Part shown: in pieces, positions 18,106 to 26,745 of the stretch | How the letters are laid out: each line of letters starts with the position of its first letter | Numbering within the stretch: position 1 is the stretch's first letter | Assembly (NCBI GenBank): GCA_023898365.1 | Contig: CP060219.1 | Span: 737,934 to 801,933 of the forward strand | Length of the DNA stretch: 64,000 nt | Source of the DNA: Candidatus Woesearchaeota archaeon | GTDB taxonomy: Archaea; Nanobdellota; Nanobdellia; Woesearchaeales; GCA-023898365 | Reading direction: 5' to 3' | Program-made: the position numbers and the translations under genes | The notes under the pieces: model-generated | Databases searched by the model: none | The model's input: only the letters and a program-made list of their open reading frames with translations | What the model was told of the DNA's origin: nothing

Positions 18106-18609
18106 ATGAGAATCACAACAAAGACCGGAGATAAAGGAGTAACGTCCACTGTTGGTGGCGAGCGCATTGAAAAAAGCCATCTCTATATCGAAGTTGCAGG
18201 TGTTATTGACGAAGTGGTAACGGTAATAGGGTTTGCACGATCGCTGCAACGGGACGAGGCAGTCAAAGATCGTTTGGAAAACATTCAGCGCGTTTGTTTT
18301 TCTTTGCTTCCTGCTCTTGATCAAGACCACGCTGCTACTTTTCCTTCGAAGGCGCTTGAAGAACTTGAACAAGAAATGGAACTTCTTGAGAAAAGGCGAT
18401 TGGTAAACGATTGGTTGATAACGGGCGCTACGCCCGACGCTGCAGCATTGGGCCTCGCACGCACAGCAACTCGTCGCCTCGAACGAGAACTCTCGCGGTT
18501 CGACAAGCACGTCTATGCGGTTGATGCGACCGTTAAAGCCTTCGTGAATCGCCTCTCCGACTACTTTTGGCTTTTAGAATCCCATCACTTTCCTTCGCAA
18601 CAAAAATGA
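18106..18609 (+). CDS. pduO: ATP:cob(I)alamin adenosyltransferase, PduO type
   Basis: MRITTKTGDKGVTSTVGGERIEKSHLYIEVAGVIDE... canonical PduO-type N-terminus; ATG at 18106, 5 nt after nrdJ stop. Confidence 0.85.
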   Translation: MRITTKTGDKGVTSTVGGERIEKSHLYIEVAGVIDEVVTVIGFARSLQRDEAVKDRLENIQRVCFSLLPALDQDHAATFPSKALEELEQEMELLEKRRLVNDWLITGATPDAAALGLARTATRRLERELSRFDKHVYAVDATVKAFVNRLSDYFWLLESHHFPSQQK

Positions 18610-18619
18610 TTTTGTATGT

Positions 18620-18730
18620 TCAGGCTTGCTCATCCCATTCGTTGAAAAGCATATAGTCAATAAATGCTCTTTCCGTTTCTTGTAAAAAATCCTCTCTTTC
18701 AAGAATGTTGCTCGTTATATATCCTCTCAT
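18620..18730 (-). CDS. Candidate small acidic protein (36 aa) with strong Shine-Dalgarno, immediately downstream of the previous small ORF
   Basis: AAGGGGGAGAAATT-ATG; MRGYITSNILEREDFLQETERAFIDYMLFNEWDEQA. Confidence 0.35.
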   Translation of the reverse strand: MRGYITSNILEREDFLQETERAFIDYMLFNEWDEQA

Positions 18731-18744
18731 AATTTCTCCCCCTT

Positions 18745-18885
18745 TCAGATAAGTTGAATTTCTTCAAAGTACGCTTTCATTAGTTCATGTCTGTTTAATC
18801 CTAAGTCGCGCTCGATAGTGAGTAAAACGTCCTCGAATGGCATTTCATCACCTGCAACGAGCAAACCCAGTTCGTTTATGTACAT
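18745..18885 (-). CDS. Candidate small acidic protein (46 aa) with strong Shine-Dalgarno
   Basis: GGGGGTGATCGTCA-ATG; MYINELGLLVAGDEMPFEDVLLTIERDLGLNRHELMKAYFEEIQLI; not in track (<60 aa). Confidence 0.35.
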   Translation of the reverse strand: MYINELGLLVAGDEMPFEDVLLTIERDLGLNRHELMKAYFEEIQLI

Positions 18886-19016
18886 TGACGATCACCCCCC
18901 AATTTGATCTATTTCAGTTGTGATATTCGCTGATAAATACTTTCTCAATATAGAAATAAAACAAATTATGTGGTATATTCTAAATATTTATAAGTATGAA
19001 AGCATATACTTTTTGT

Positions 19017-19982
19017 ATGGAATATCGAAAGCTCATCAAATTCGGGAAAAACAGTTTTGTTATCTCTCTTCCTAAATCTTGGATTGAAAAAAACCATTTG
19101 AAAAAATCAGACCTTCTCTACCTAGCAGTTGAAAGTGACCAACTGGTTATTACGCCAGAACCAAAGACTGGAATGAATGAAGAACGAGAATTATCTGTTG
19201 ATGTCGATCGAGTAGTTCCAGGATCGTTGCGTCGTCGATTAAAAAGTTCTTATATTGATAATTATCATGTCATTACTTTTTTTGGAAAAACAATTCCTCA
19301 ACAAGCAGATCATATTCGAGAAGAAGTTAATGATCTAATGGCACTTGAAATTGTTGAACAAACACCAACGAAAATTGTTGCAAAGAATTATTTGAACATG
19401 AATGAGATTTCGTTATCTGAAACCTTGCGAAAAGTTGACAATATCTTGCGATATGAATTTGTAATTCTTAAAAATATTCTAACTAAAAAAATTGAGGGAA
19501 CAAAGGAAGATGTTATCAAAGAAGCCTATCGCATGGATGGAGATATTAATCGCCTCATGTTTCTCTTACTTCGCACGGTAAAGTTTTTAAGCAACACGGC
19601 AGAAATTAGCAGAGGAAAAAATGTCATCAACAATGAAGACTTGTTACGTATTTGGATGCTGATTAGTGTACTTGAAAAAATTGGTGACGAACTAAAGCGA
19701 CTCATAAAAAAACTCATTTCTGCTAAACAACTCGTAAAGGAAAAAGACCTATTGTTTATTGTAGATCAGATTGAAGATGCGTTCAAGCAAGCAATGAAGA
19801 GCTTTTATTTGAAAGATGTCGAACTCGCCTTTAAAGTTTCAGAAGATAATAAAGTGCGATTGAAAAAACTCATTCTTGATTTTTTAGAAAAAAACACTTC
19901 AAATGTTTTTGTTGCTTCAATGAGGGAAAATTTTGTCAATCTCTATTATAATATTGTCGAAATTCCTCGTCTACAATATTAG
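19017..19982 (+). CDS. AbrB/SpoVT-domain + PhoU-like regulator (archaeal PhoU-family)
   Basis: MEYRKLIKFGKNSFVISLPKSWIEKNHL swapped-hairpin N-terminus followed by helical PhoU-like repeats; TATA atatttataa ~25 bp upstream of ATG 19017 (leaderless); track start 18996. Confidence 0.65.
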   Translation: MEYRKLIKFGKNSFVISLPKSWIEKNHLKKSDLLYLAVESDQLVITPEPKTGMNEERELSVDVDRVVPGSLRRRLKSSYIDNYHVITFFGKTIPQQADHIREEVNDLMALEIVEQTPTKIVAKNYLNMNEISLSETLRKVDNILRYEFVILKNILTKKIEGTKEDVIKEAYRMDGDINRLMFLLLRTVKFLSNTAEISRGKNVINNEDLLRIWMLISVLEKIGDELKRLIKKLISAKQLVKEKDLLFIVDQIEDAFKQAMKSFYLKDVELAFKVSEDNKVRLKKLILDFLEKNTSNVFVASMRENFVNLYYNIVEIPRLQY

Positions 19983-20516
19983 GCGTTCTTTTATAGCGAA
20001 CTCTTTTGTTTCTTTTAAACGAAGCTGCACGTTTTTTGGTGCGTGAAGTTTATCGCTCACGTCAGGTGATTTTCCAAGAACGGTAAATGGAAGTTCTATT
20101 TGTTTATCATGGGCGAGGACAGCAAGCTCATGCAGGTCAGCGAGCAATTTTTCCTCATAAGAACTTGCTTCGTAACTTTTTTCATCAATGCACATTATGA
20201 GGCGAAGTGCTTTTTCTGAGTTAATGGTGCTGCTAGAAAGTACTTCTCGAGCAATTTCTTTTGCTGTGCTTGTTCGATGTTTGGGATCGAATGAGTGTAA
20301 GATGCCCAGATCATGAAAAAAGAGAGCTGCGAGACCTTCTGCTGATATGCTTTTCTCAAACTTTCCTTTTTTGATAACGCCAAAGAGACTGGCGAGATGA
20401 GCAAGGAGTGACTGAGCAACTTCTGAAGGTAATTGGGTGATTTTTTCAAAGAAGAAATTCTCAACAAGCATCACCTCCTTTGCTTGTGGCGTGTTTTGAT
20501 AGGTGTGGGTGAACAT
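19971..20516 (-). CDS. HD-domain-like hydrolase (weak assignment)
   Basis: ...AALFFHDLGILH...LIMCIDE...LAHDK: H..HD...D pattern only. Confidence 0.4.
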   Translation of the reverse strand: MFTHTYQNTPQAKEVMLVENFFFEKITQLPSEVAQSLLAHLASLFGVIKKGKFEKSISAEGLAALFFHDLGILHSFDPKHRTSTAKEIAREVLSSSTINSEKALRLIMCIDEKSYEASSYEEKLLADLHELAVLAHDKQIELPFTVLGKSPDVSDKLHAPKNVQLRLKETKEFAIKERLIL

Positions 20517-20579
20517 GAATAAAAAAAAGAAAAAAGAAATTATAAGAGTTACTCGTTAGTTTTCGGAAATCTTACGCAT

Positions 20580-21872
20580 CTACTCCGAAGCACTAATAAA
20601 TTTAGTCTTACTCACTTTCCAAGGAAATAACCCAAGGAATTTTGCTTCTTCGCTGTACCTGACTTCGTACGTTGCAATGCCGTCTCGCATGTCAAGGGTT
20701 ACTGACTCGATGTTTTCTGCGTAGTCTTTAATTTCGTGTGGTGCGACGGTAAGTTCTTTTGCTTCTGTGCCGTCGTAGACAACGAGCTTCTCATCAGTTT
20801 TTTCAATGTCAAGATTTTTTGCGCCAACGACGGTGATTCCATCGCTTTCAATTTCTTTATGATCTCCTACGTCTGAGATGCGGACAGTTGCAAGTTTATG
20901 GTTTTGGGCAACAATAATTTGACTATTGTCAGCTTGCTGTGTCGCTGCAAGAAGTTCCTGTTTCATTTTCTCATATTCTTCTTGAGTCATGGTGTTGCTC
21001 AAAGAATTTGGATCTTCTTCTTTGAACTCTTTTTTGATAATTGTTTCCTTTGCATCAATCGTGTAGGTGGTTTTTGGATCAACCGTTAAGACCACTTTGG
21101 TACTTTCGTGTGTGCCGTCCGCATCAATCCATAATTCTGAAGCAACATAGGTGAATTGTACTTTGATTGTTGCGTCGTTGAAAGGAAGTTCAATTTCATC
21201 AAATAATCCAATTTCATATTTTGCTGGATCATAAACCGCGGTTGCAGCGCAATCATCACGTTCATAGCAAAGATTTGTCTGAATAACTAGTGTTGCTTGT
21301 TGTGTTGTTGGCTCATACGCTGCTAATTCGAATGTAAATGCTTTGTATGACTCCAGGTCACTTTGACCATCTCTATTCACCAACACGACTCGTCCTGTCC
21401 AAGAATTGTCTTCACGGTAGTCCTCATGGTCTGACGTATCGTCATCTGCTTCGTTTGAGTCCTCTCGTGCATCATCGGAACTTCTTCCTTCTGATAATTT
21501 TAGTGTTCCAAACGTAAATGATGCCATTGCTTGAGCAGCTGTTGTTGCATCACCTTGCGTGATTGCATCAAGTCGAACGTAAAAATCATCTGCAAATTTT
21601 TTCACTTCGCCAATCTCAAGTTTTTCATCATTGTCGTTTGCAATAACAACAGCAGTTTCAGGGGTGATTTGGGCAACCATTACTTTGTTTCCCAAAATAG
21701 TAATTATTTCTCCTTGAGCGAGTTGTCTGGGCATTGCGATGCCTTGATTGCCTTGTTCTTGTTCGTTTGCACCAGTTGATTCTGATGCATAGACTCCACT
21801 TACCATGCTAATGCTTAGAATGGCAAGAATAAACATGCTAATTAGGTAATTGATTGTTGTTTTTCGTTTCAT
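20580..21872 (-). CDS. Secreted acidic protein with N-terminal signal anchor (hypothetical)
   Basis: Start taken at MKRKTTINYLISMFILAILSISMVSGVYA (ATG 21872, GGAGGAAAG upstream); longest ORF extends to 21917. Confidence 0.5.
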   Translation of the reverse strand: MKRKTTINYLISMFILAILSISMVSGVYASESTGANEQEQGNQGIAMPRQLAQGEIITILGNKVMVAQITPETAVVIANDNDEKLEIGEVKKFADDFYVRLDAITQGDATTAAQAMASFTFGTLKLSEGRSSDDAREDSNEADDDTSDHEDYREDNSWTGRVVLVNRDGQSDLESYKAFTFELAAYEPTTQQATLVIQTNLCYERDDCAATAVYDPAKYEIGLFDEIELPFNDATIKVQFTYVASELWIDADGTHESTKVVLTVDPKTTYTIDAKETIIKKEFKEEDPNSLSNTMTQEEYEKMKQELLAATQQADNSQIIVAQNHKLATVRISDVGDHKEIESDGITVVGAKNLDIEKTDEKLVVYDGTEAKELTVAPHEIKDYAENIESVTLDMRDGIATYEVRYSEEAKFLGLFPWKVSKTKFISASE

Positions 21873-21995
21873 TTTGTCGTGCTTTCCTCCATTTTTTGTG
21901 TTATGCCTTGGTGGCATGATTTGTTTTATCGTGACGCTTTCTTTTAAGGCTTATGTGGAATAACGTGGAATGACTGGGTGAAAACGTGGAATTTT

Positions 21996-22862
21996 TTATG
22001 TTTCTTTTTTTGCAGGGTTTGGTTTTCCTTGGTAGAGAATGCGCTTGTTCATGCCAACGCGTGCGGTGATGATGAGTTGTTTTGCTTCCAGTTTTTTGAG
22101 TGTCCGTGAGAGGGTGCTTTTTGGAAGGAGTGTTTCTTCGAGGAGTTTTTTCTGTGTGGTGTTCTTGTTCTGTTTCATTATTCGAAGAATCGTGTACTCA
22201 TTTTCGGTGAGTAAGTGCTTCATTTCTTCAAGTTCATCTTTTTCTTCTTTTTTTGGCTGTTTTTTTTCTATGTCTTTGTTTTTCTCGTCCTTCGCATCAT
22301 TTCTTTTTACAACGATGAAGAGGAAGAGTGCTCCAAGGATGATAATGATTGCTGTAATTGCGATTGTTGGCGGGGTGTTGTTTGTTGGCGAGATTGCCCA
22401 GCGAACGTCAATTGCTTCTTGGGTGTTTGCACTGGTGAGGATGAGTTTGCCGCTAAAACTGTGCACGCTCGCGTTTTGCGGTATCGTTTCAATAATTGCG
22501 TTTTCGGGAAAGGTAATAACTAGATTTGTGCTTTCTTCGCTCCACCACGATTCGGGAATGGTAATGTGCCAGATGTCTCCAGATTTGCTTGTTATTGTTG
22601 ACGTGGTAAATGATAGTTCTATTCCAGCTGCTCTTGTGAAAATGACTTCATTTCCTCTCAGGTCTGTTCCTTGTGCAAGTTCTAAATCGTGATAGGTTTC
22701 AGGAAGTTGAAACTGTACTTGAGGTGTTGTTTGCGAGTAGTAGATGGTTATGTGCACTTCTCCAGTCTCCTCAATGGTTGCGTCAATTTCTTGAAATGCG
22801 TGCGCGCTTGCAATAAGAAGAAGGAGTATTCCAAGCAAGAGCATACTTTCTCTTCGGTTCAT
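21996..22862 (-). CDS. Single-pass transmembrane transcriptional regulator: signal peptide, extracellular domain, TM, cytoplasmic winged HTH
   Basis: MNRRESMLLLGILLLLIASAHA signal; TM TIAITAIIIILGALFLFIVV; KE-rich linker; C-terminal TENEYTILRIMKQNKNTTQKKLLEETLLPKSTLSRTLKKLEAKQLIITARVGMNKRI (MarR/wHTH-like). Confidence 0.65.
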   Translation of the reverse strand: MNRRESMLLLGILLLLIASAHAFQEIDATIEETGEVHITIYYSQTTPQVQFQLPETYHDLELAQGTDLRGNEVIFTRAAGIELSFTTSTITSKSGDIWHITIPESWWSEESTNLVITFPENAIIETIPQNASVHSFSGKLILTSANTQEAIDVRWAISPTNNTPPTIAITAIIIILGALFLFIVVKRNDAKDEKNKDIEKKQPKKEEKDELEEMKHLLTENEYTILRIMKQNKNTTQKKLLEETLLPKSTLSRTLKKLEAKQLIITARVGMNKRILYQGKPNPAKKET

Positions 22863-23043
22863 GGGGTTATCTTTGATTTCTTTCTTTAAAACTCTTATCG
22901 TTCTTTTCGGAAGTTTCCGGGTTGAAGGGGTTTTTGGCTTTATCGCATCCGCTCTTTATAAATTAACTATTATATAGTGGTGAAAATGGAAAACTATATA
23001 AATAAGAGGTGTGTAAGAACAAATACGAAACCCACAAGGTGAT

Positions 23044-23628
23044 ATGATGGCTATGACTATGCAAGAACTTTTGGCGGATAAACAATTCGAAAAAGCATTA
23101 ATCAGAGCAGGCGAGCAAGATCCTACCCTCTTCGTCCTTGGTGATTCAGGCCGGCAGGAGGTTACTGATGTCTTATTTGATTTGTTAGGGCAAGAAGTTA
23201 CGTTTCCTCAATTTCCCATTTGTTTTGGTCCTTTTGAGCGTGATGCCTATGCCATGGCGCTTAAGTATATGTCCCATGCTTCGGGAGCACGAGCATTTAT
23301 TGAAGCGACCATCAGTTTGCCAAATGGAAACGTATCAGTTCTTGGTGTAGATGTTCCAAATATGTACCGATTTGAATTAGAAGTTGCTCGGCATGGAAAG
23401 ACGCCTATTTTAGAAAAGCGACGGTTTACTGGTCCGTATGAAAATCCTTTGGCCCATCTTGCCGACCTTCCTCTTGTTGGAGATTCAGTTCGCAGTATTT
23501 TGCCAAAAGGATTACAACACCGATTGATGCTTGAAGAAAGCTTTCACAGAAACGTACGAGGGTATGTTGCACGTAACCTCTTTCTTGCTCAGCAACTTGC
23601 TCAGCAACTTGCACAGAACGGAGTATAA
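23044..23628 (+). CDS. Hypothetical protein
   Basis: 194 aa ORF, AAGGTGAT upstream of ATG; no recognisable motif. Confidence 0.45.
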   Translation: MMAMTMQELLADKQFEKALIRAGEQDPTLFVLGDSGRQEVTDVLFDLLGQEVTFPQFPICFGPFERDAYAMALKYMSHASGARAFIEATISLPNGNVSVLGVDVPNMYRFELEVARHGKTPILEKRRFTGPYENPLAHLADLPLVGDSVRSILPKGLQHRLMLEESFHRNVRGYVARNLFLAQQLAQQLAQNGV

Positions 23629-24591
23629 ATGGAACGAACATTCTCTTTCTTTGGTCTTGAAGACAGAACACAAGAAATACTTTCTTATGAAGATCGAGCC
23701 CCTTCACAACAATCACTTGATGCGGCATTGCTTGTTCAACGAGATCGTTTTCTTCGTGAAGTAGATAGGCATCTAGCTGATCTTCCAGGGTTTCACCGAG
23801 CTACGTTTCAAGAAAATTATGGAACTCTTCTTGGTATTTTCAGGCAATTAGAAGAAAACAACATATCACTTTTTGATGATCAGGCAGCAGATTATTTGGC
23901 GCATGAACTGAGTGCAAATCTTTCACCTATGAGAAAACGACTTCTTCTTCCTACTTCTCCAGATAAACAACTAATTCTTAACACCATGGGTGCTTCTCTT
24001 CAAAGAAATTTAACCAATCCTCTTGACAGGGCACTATTTGCAATTGTAAGTTACTCGCTTGCTTTTGAAACGTCTTCATATCAAGCAACTATTATGGCAG
24101 AACTTGTTGCAAACGCTGTTTTGTCTGCACATTGCCTTCCACTGATCGCTCTTGATTTTGAAAATAGAAGCGAGGCATTTCAACACGGACAGGCAGTAGA
24201 TGCAGCGAAGCCTTTTTTGAAAGCAAGAACGTTTCAAATGCGAGATTATGCGAATGAAGAAGCTGTAGCTGCCTATGCAGATTATATTGCTGGAAAAGTT
24301 GTTCTTGCAACGTATTCTTTGCAGTTTGTTCCCACACCTCAAGATCATGTTATTGCATACAAGGGTGATAAAGGAGTTGCTATTGCAGTTGCAAGTCAAC
24401 TAGACGCGCGCCTAAAGCATAATCCTGCATATCAGGGAATGGGTGTTTCTGCAAAGGTAACTGGTAATTTTATCCATGTTCTTGGCCCTGAAGAGGGGAC
24501 GGTCTATGAATCTCAAGCAAGAGATATTCTCTCGGGAATGCGAGGCAGAAAACGATTTCACTTCTTAAAATCTGAGAATAAAAAAGAATAA
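23629..24591 (+). CDS. Hypothetical protein (TAA-ATG coupled to upstream gene)
   Basis: 320 aa; start abuts previous stop; no recognisable motif. Confidence 0.45.
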   Translation: MERTFSFFGLEDRTQEILSYEDRAPSQQSLDAALLVQRDRFLREVDRHLADLPGFHRATFQENYGTLLGIFRQLEENNISLFDDQAADYLAHELSANLSPMRKRLLLPTSPDKQLILNTMGASLQRNLTNPLDRALFAIVSYSLAFETSSYQATIMAELVANAVLSAHCLPLIALDFENRSEAFQHGQAVDAAKPFLKARTFQMRDYANEEAVAAYADYIAGKVVLATYSLQFVPTPQDHVIAYKGDKGVAIAVASQLDARLKHNPAYQGMGVSAKVTGNFIHVLGPEEGTVYESQARDILSGMRGRKRFHFLKSENKKE

Positions 24592-24662
24592 GCCCTTGGA
24601 GGGATTTGAACCCTCGACCTGCGCTTTACGAGAGCACCGCACCACCACTATGCTACAAGGGC
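24591..24662 (-). tRNA. tRNA-Thr (anticodon CGU)
   Basis: Reverse complement GCCCTTG-TA-GCAT-AGTGGTG-GTGC-G-GTGCT-CTCGTAA-AGCGC-AGGTC-GAGGG-TTCAAAT-CCCTC-CAAGGGC-T folds as cloverleaf; no encoded CCA. Confidence 0.8.
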
Positions 24663-24663
24663 A

Positions 24664-24816
24664 TTAGAGTTTTTCACGTAATTCTTTGATCGGATGTTGT
24701 TGTTGACAGGTTGCACACACGACATGTTTCTTTCCTTTTTCATCGCGAAGGTACGTTCCGTTGATTTTTTCAAGGAAGAGTATTTCAATTTTTTGTCCGC
24801 AAACTGCACATTTCAT
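24664..24816 (-). CDS. Candidate small C4 zinc-ribbon protein (50 aa)
   Basis: MKCAVCGQKIEILFLEKINGTYLRDEKGKKHVVCATCQQQHPIKELREKL; CxxC...CxxC; abuts the tRNA-Thr 5' end; below track cut-off. Confidence 0.4.
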   Translation of the reverse strand: MKCAVCGQKIEILFLEKINGTYLRDEKGKKHVVCATCQQQHPIKELREKL

Positions 24817-24940
24817 GCTTTGTGAGCAACCAGGAGTGCTTTAAGAAGTTTGCGCCTTTCGATTTCTCACTTTCAAATAGAAAACTTTATATATTACTGT
24901 CATTTAGCAACACTTTATAAAACCAAGGGGTTTGGTGAGC

Positions 24941-26209
24941 ATGAAATACGCATTTATGGTTGTACTATTAAGTTTATTTGTTCTGGCGTCATGTACGACA
25001 CAGCAAATTGGGAACACTGACAGTGCCATTACGGGCAACATCGTTCTTGATGAGAATAATAACTTTGTTCTTATTGTAGATAATGGAACAGACACGGGCA
25101 ACCAGTCCGATGTCCCAAGCGGAGTTGATGATCAAGATCAATCCGATACCTCGCAAAATACTGGTCAAGATGATGGCGCGTCATTTGATCCTGACAACTC
25201 TCCTTCAAAGCAATATTACTCAGAGATTATTGTAACGGAAGGAGATCTTGTTGAGTTTTCTCCAGAAGTTATCGATCCCGACGGTGACGACATTTCGATA
25301 ACGTTTTCTGCTCCTCTCTCCGAGGATGGTGTTTGGCAAACCAACATTGGCGATGCAGGAACGTATGAAGTTGAGATGACTGCATCAGACGGTCTTCTTG
25401 TTTCAAAAGAACTTGTGCTCTTAGTTGTTGAACGAATGAATCGTGCGCCAACCATTGAATGTGACACGGTGCAATACGCGAAAGAAGGTGAAGCCCATTC
25501 TCTTGGTTGTAAGATTTACGACGTTGAGGGAGATGAGTTTACTGTTTCGTATGAAGGATTTCGCAGTGAAGCATTCTTCACGCCAACATTTACTGAGGCG
25601 GGTGAACAGCTCATTGTTGTTCGCGCAACCGACAGCTTCAACCAAGAAAATGAAGTTGCCATTACCTTGTTTGTCGAAGATGTGAATCGTGAACCTCTTG
25701 TCTACTTTGAAAGTCCAGAACTTACTGTTTTGGAAGGTGATCTTGTGACCATTCCCGTAACGGTTGCTGATCCTGATGGTGAAGATGTATCAGTATCGTA
25801 CTCAACTCCTTTTAGTCAGGATGGAACGTGGCAAACAGGAGAAGGCGATGCAGGAACGTATGTAGTTACCGTTTCAGCATTTGACGGTGTGATGACCTCA
25901 GAACGTGAGATCTCGGTTATTGTTTCAGCTCGAAACGAACCTCCTGCCTTGCTTATTGGTGACACCGAAATCATCGTTGAGGAAGGAGATCTTATCACTC
26001 TAGATGTCAGCGCTTTTGATCCTGAAGATGAAGAAGTGACGTTGACGGTGAGTGGATGGATGAACGAACTTTCTTACCAGACAACTTTCACTGATGCTGG
26101 CGAGTACGAAGTATATGTTACCGCATCTGATGGTGAGAAAGAGACAACGGCAACTGTTTTGGTAACCGTACTCAACGTGAATCGACCACCGGTCTTTGTC
26201 CAAGGCTAA
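24941..26209 (+). CDS. Secreted lipoprotein with four tandem Ig-like (He_PIG/cadherin-like) repeats
   Basis: Signal MKYAFMVVLLSLFVLASC (lipobox LASC); ~90-aa repeat EGDLV.F...DPDGDD.S.S.S.P.S.DG.WQT..GDAGTY.V...ASDG x4; ATG 24941 with GGTGA 6 nt upstream (track start 24932 is TTG). Confidence 0.7.
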   Translation: MKYAFMVVLLSLFVLASCTTQQIGNTDSAITGNIVLDENNNFVLIVDNGTDTGNQSDVPSGVDDQDQSDTSQNTGQDDGASFDPDNSPSKQYYSEIIVTEGDLVEFSPEVIDPDGDDISITFSAPLSEDGVWQTNIGDAGTYEVEMTASDGLLVSKELVLLVVERMNRAPTIECDTVQYAKEGEAHSLGCKIYDVEGDEFTVSYEGFRSEAFFTPTFTEAGEQLIVVRATDSFNQENEVAITLFVEDVNREPLVYFESPELTVLEGDLVTIPVTVADPDGEDVSVSYSTPFSQDGTWQTGEGDAGTYVVTVSAFDGVMTSEREISVIVSARNEPPALLIGDTEIIVEEGDLITLDVSAFDPEDEEVTLTVSGWMNELSYQTTFTDAGEYEVYVTASDGEKETTATVLVTVLNVNRPPVFVQG

Positions 26210-26321
26210 TTTTTTTTATTCCTTTTATTTTCCTTCTTTTCTCAGTTTGCATCTTGTCGCAAAGTTTATAAATAATCAAACCTCGATACAGAATAGACCA
26301 CAACGTGAGGTGAGAGTGTTC

Positions 26322-26684
26322 ATGGTTGCAAAGTCTAAACGAATAACGAAGAAAACTCCAGTAAAAAAGAAAGCTAGTGTGAAAAAGGTTGCAAAGAAAG
26401 CACCTGCAAAGAAAAAAGCAGTTGTGAAAAAGAAAGCAGTTGTAAAGGCAAAAGCAGTAAAGAAGACTCCTGCAAAAAAGAAGGCTCCAGTGAAAAAGAA
26501 TGCAGTGATTGTTGCATCAGCTCCTGCAAAAAAAGAAACTGCCGCACCAATGGCAACTGCATCAGTGCAAACAAAGCCAAAAACGGTTGAATGCGCTGCC
26601 TCTTCTTACCATTTGGCGCTTATTAGCATCATTGCCATAGTGATAATCGTTCTTATCATCGTTTATCTGTTTGGTAAGCTCTAG
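26322..26684 (+). CDS. Tail-anchored Lys/Ala-rich basic protein (histone-H1-like repeats + C-terminal TM)
   Basis: MVAKSKRITKKTPVKKKASVKKVAKKAPAKKKAVVKKKAVVKAKAVKKTPAKKKAPVKK... then ALISIIAIVIIVLIIVYLFG TM; ATG 26322 with GTGAGGTGA upstream. Confidence 0.55.
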   Translation: MVAKSKRITKKTPVKKKASVKKVAKKAPAKKKAVVKKKAVVKAKAVKKTPAKKKAPVKKNAVIVASAPAKKETAAPMATASVQTKPKTVECAASSYHLALISIIAIVIIVLIIVYLFGKL

Positions 26685-26745
26685 AAAACTTTAAATAGAT
26701 GCAAAGATTCCTTTTTTTTCTCATTTATTGTTCATTGGTGCTCTT

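Noticed and set aside
22039-22692. 217-aa and 102-aa + strand ORFs
   Set aside because: Antisense to the transmembrane wHTH regulator. Phe/Ser-rich shadow frames.
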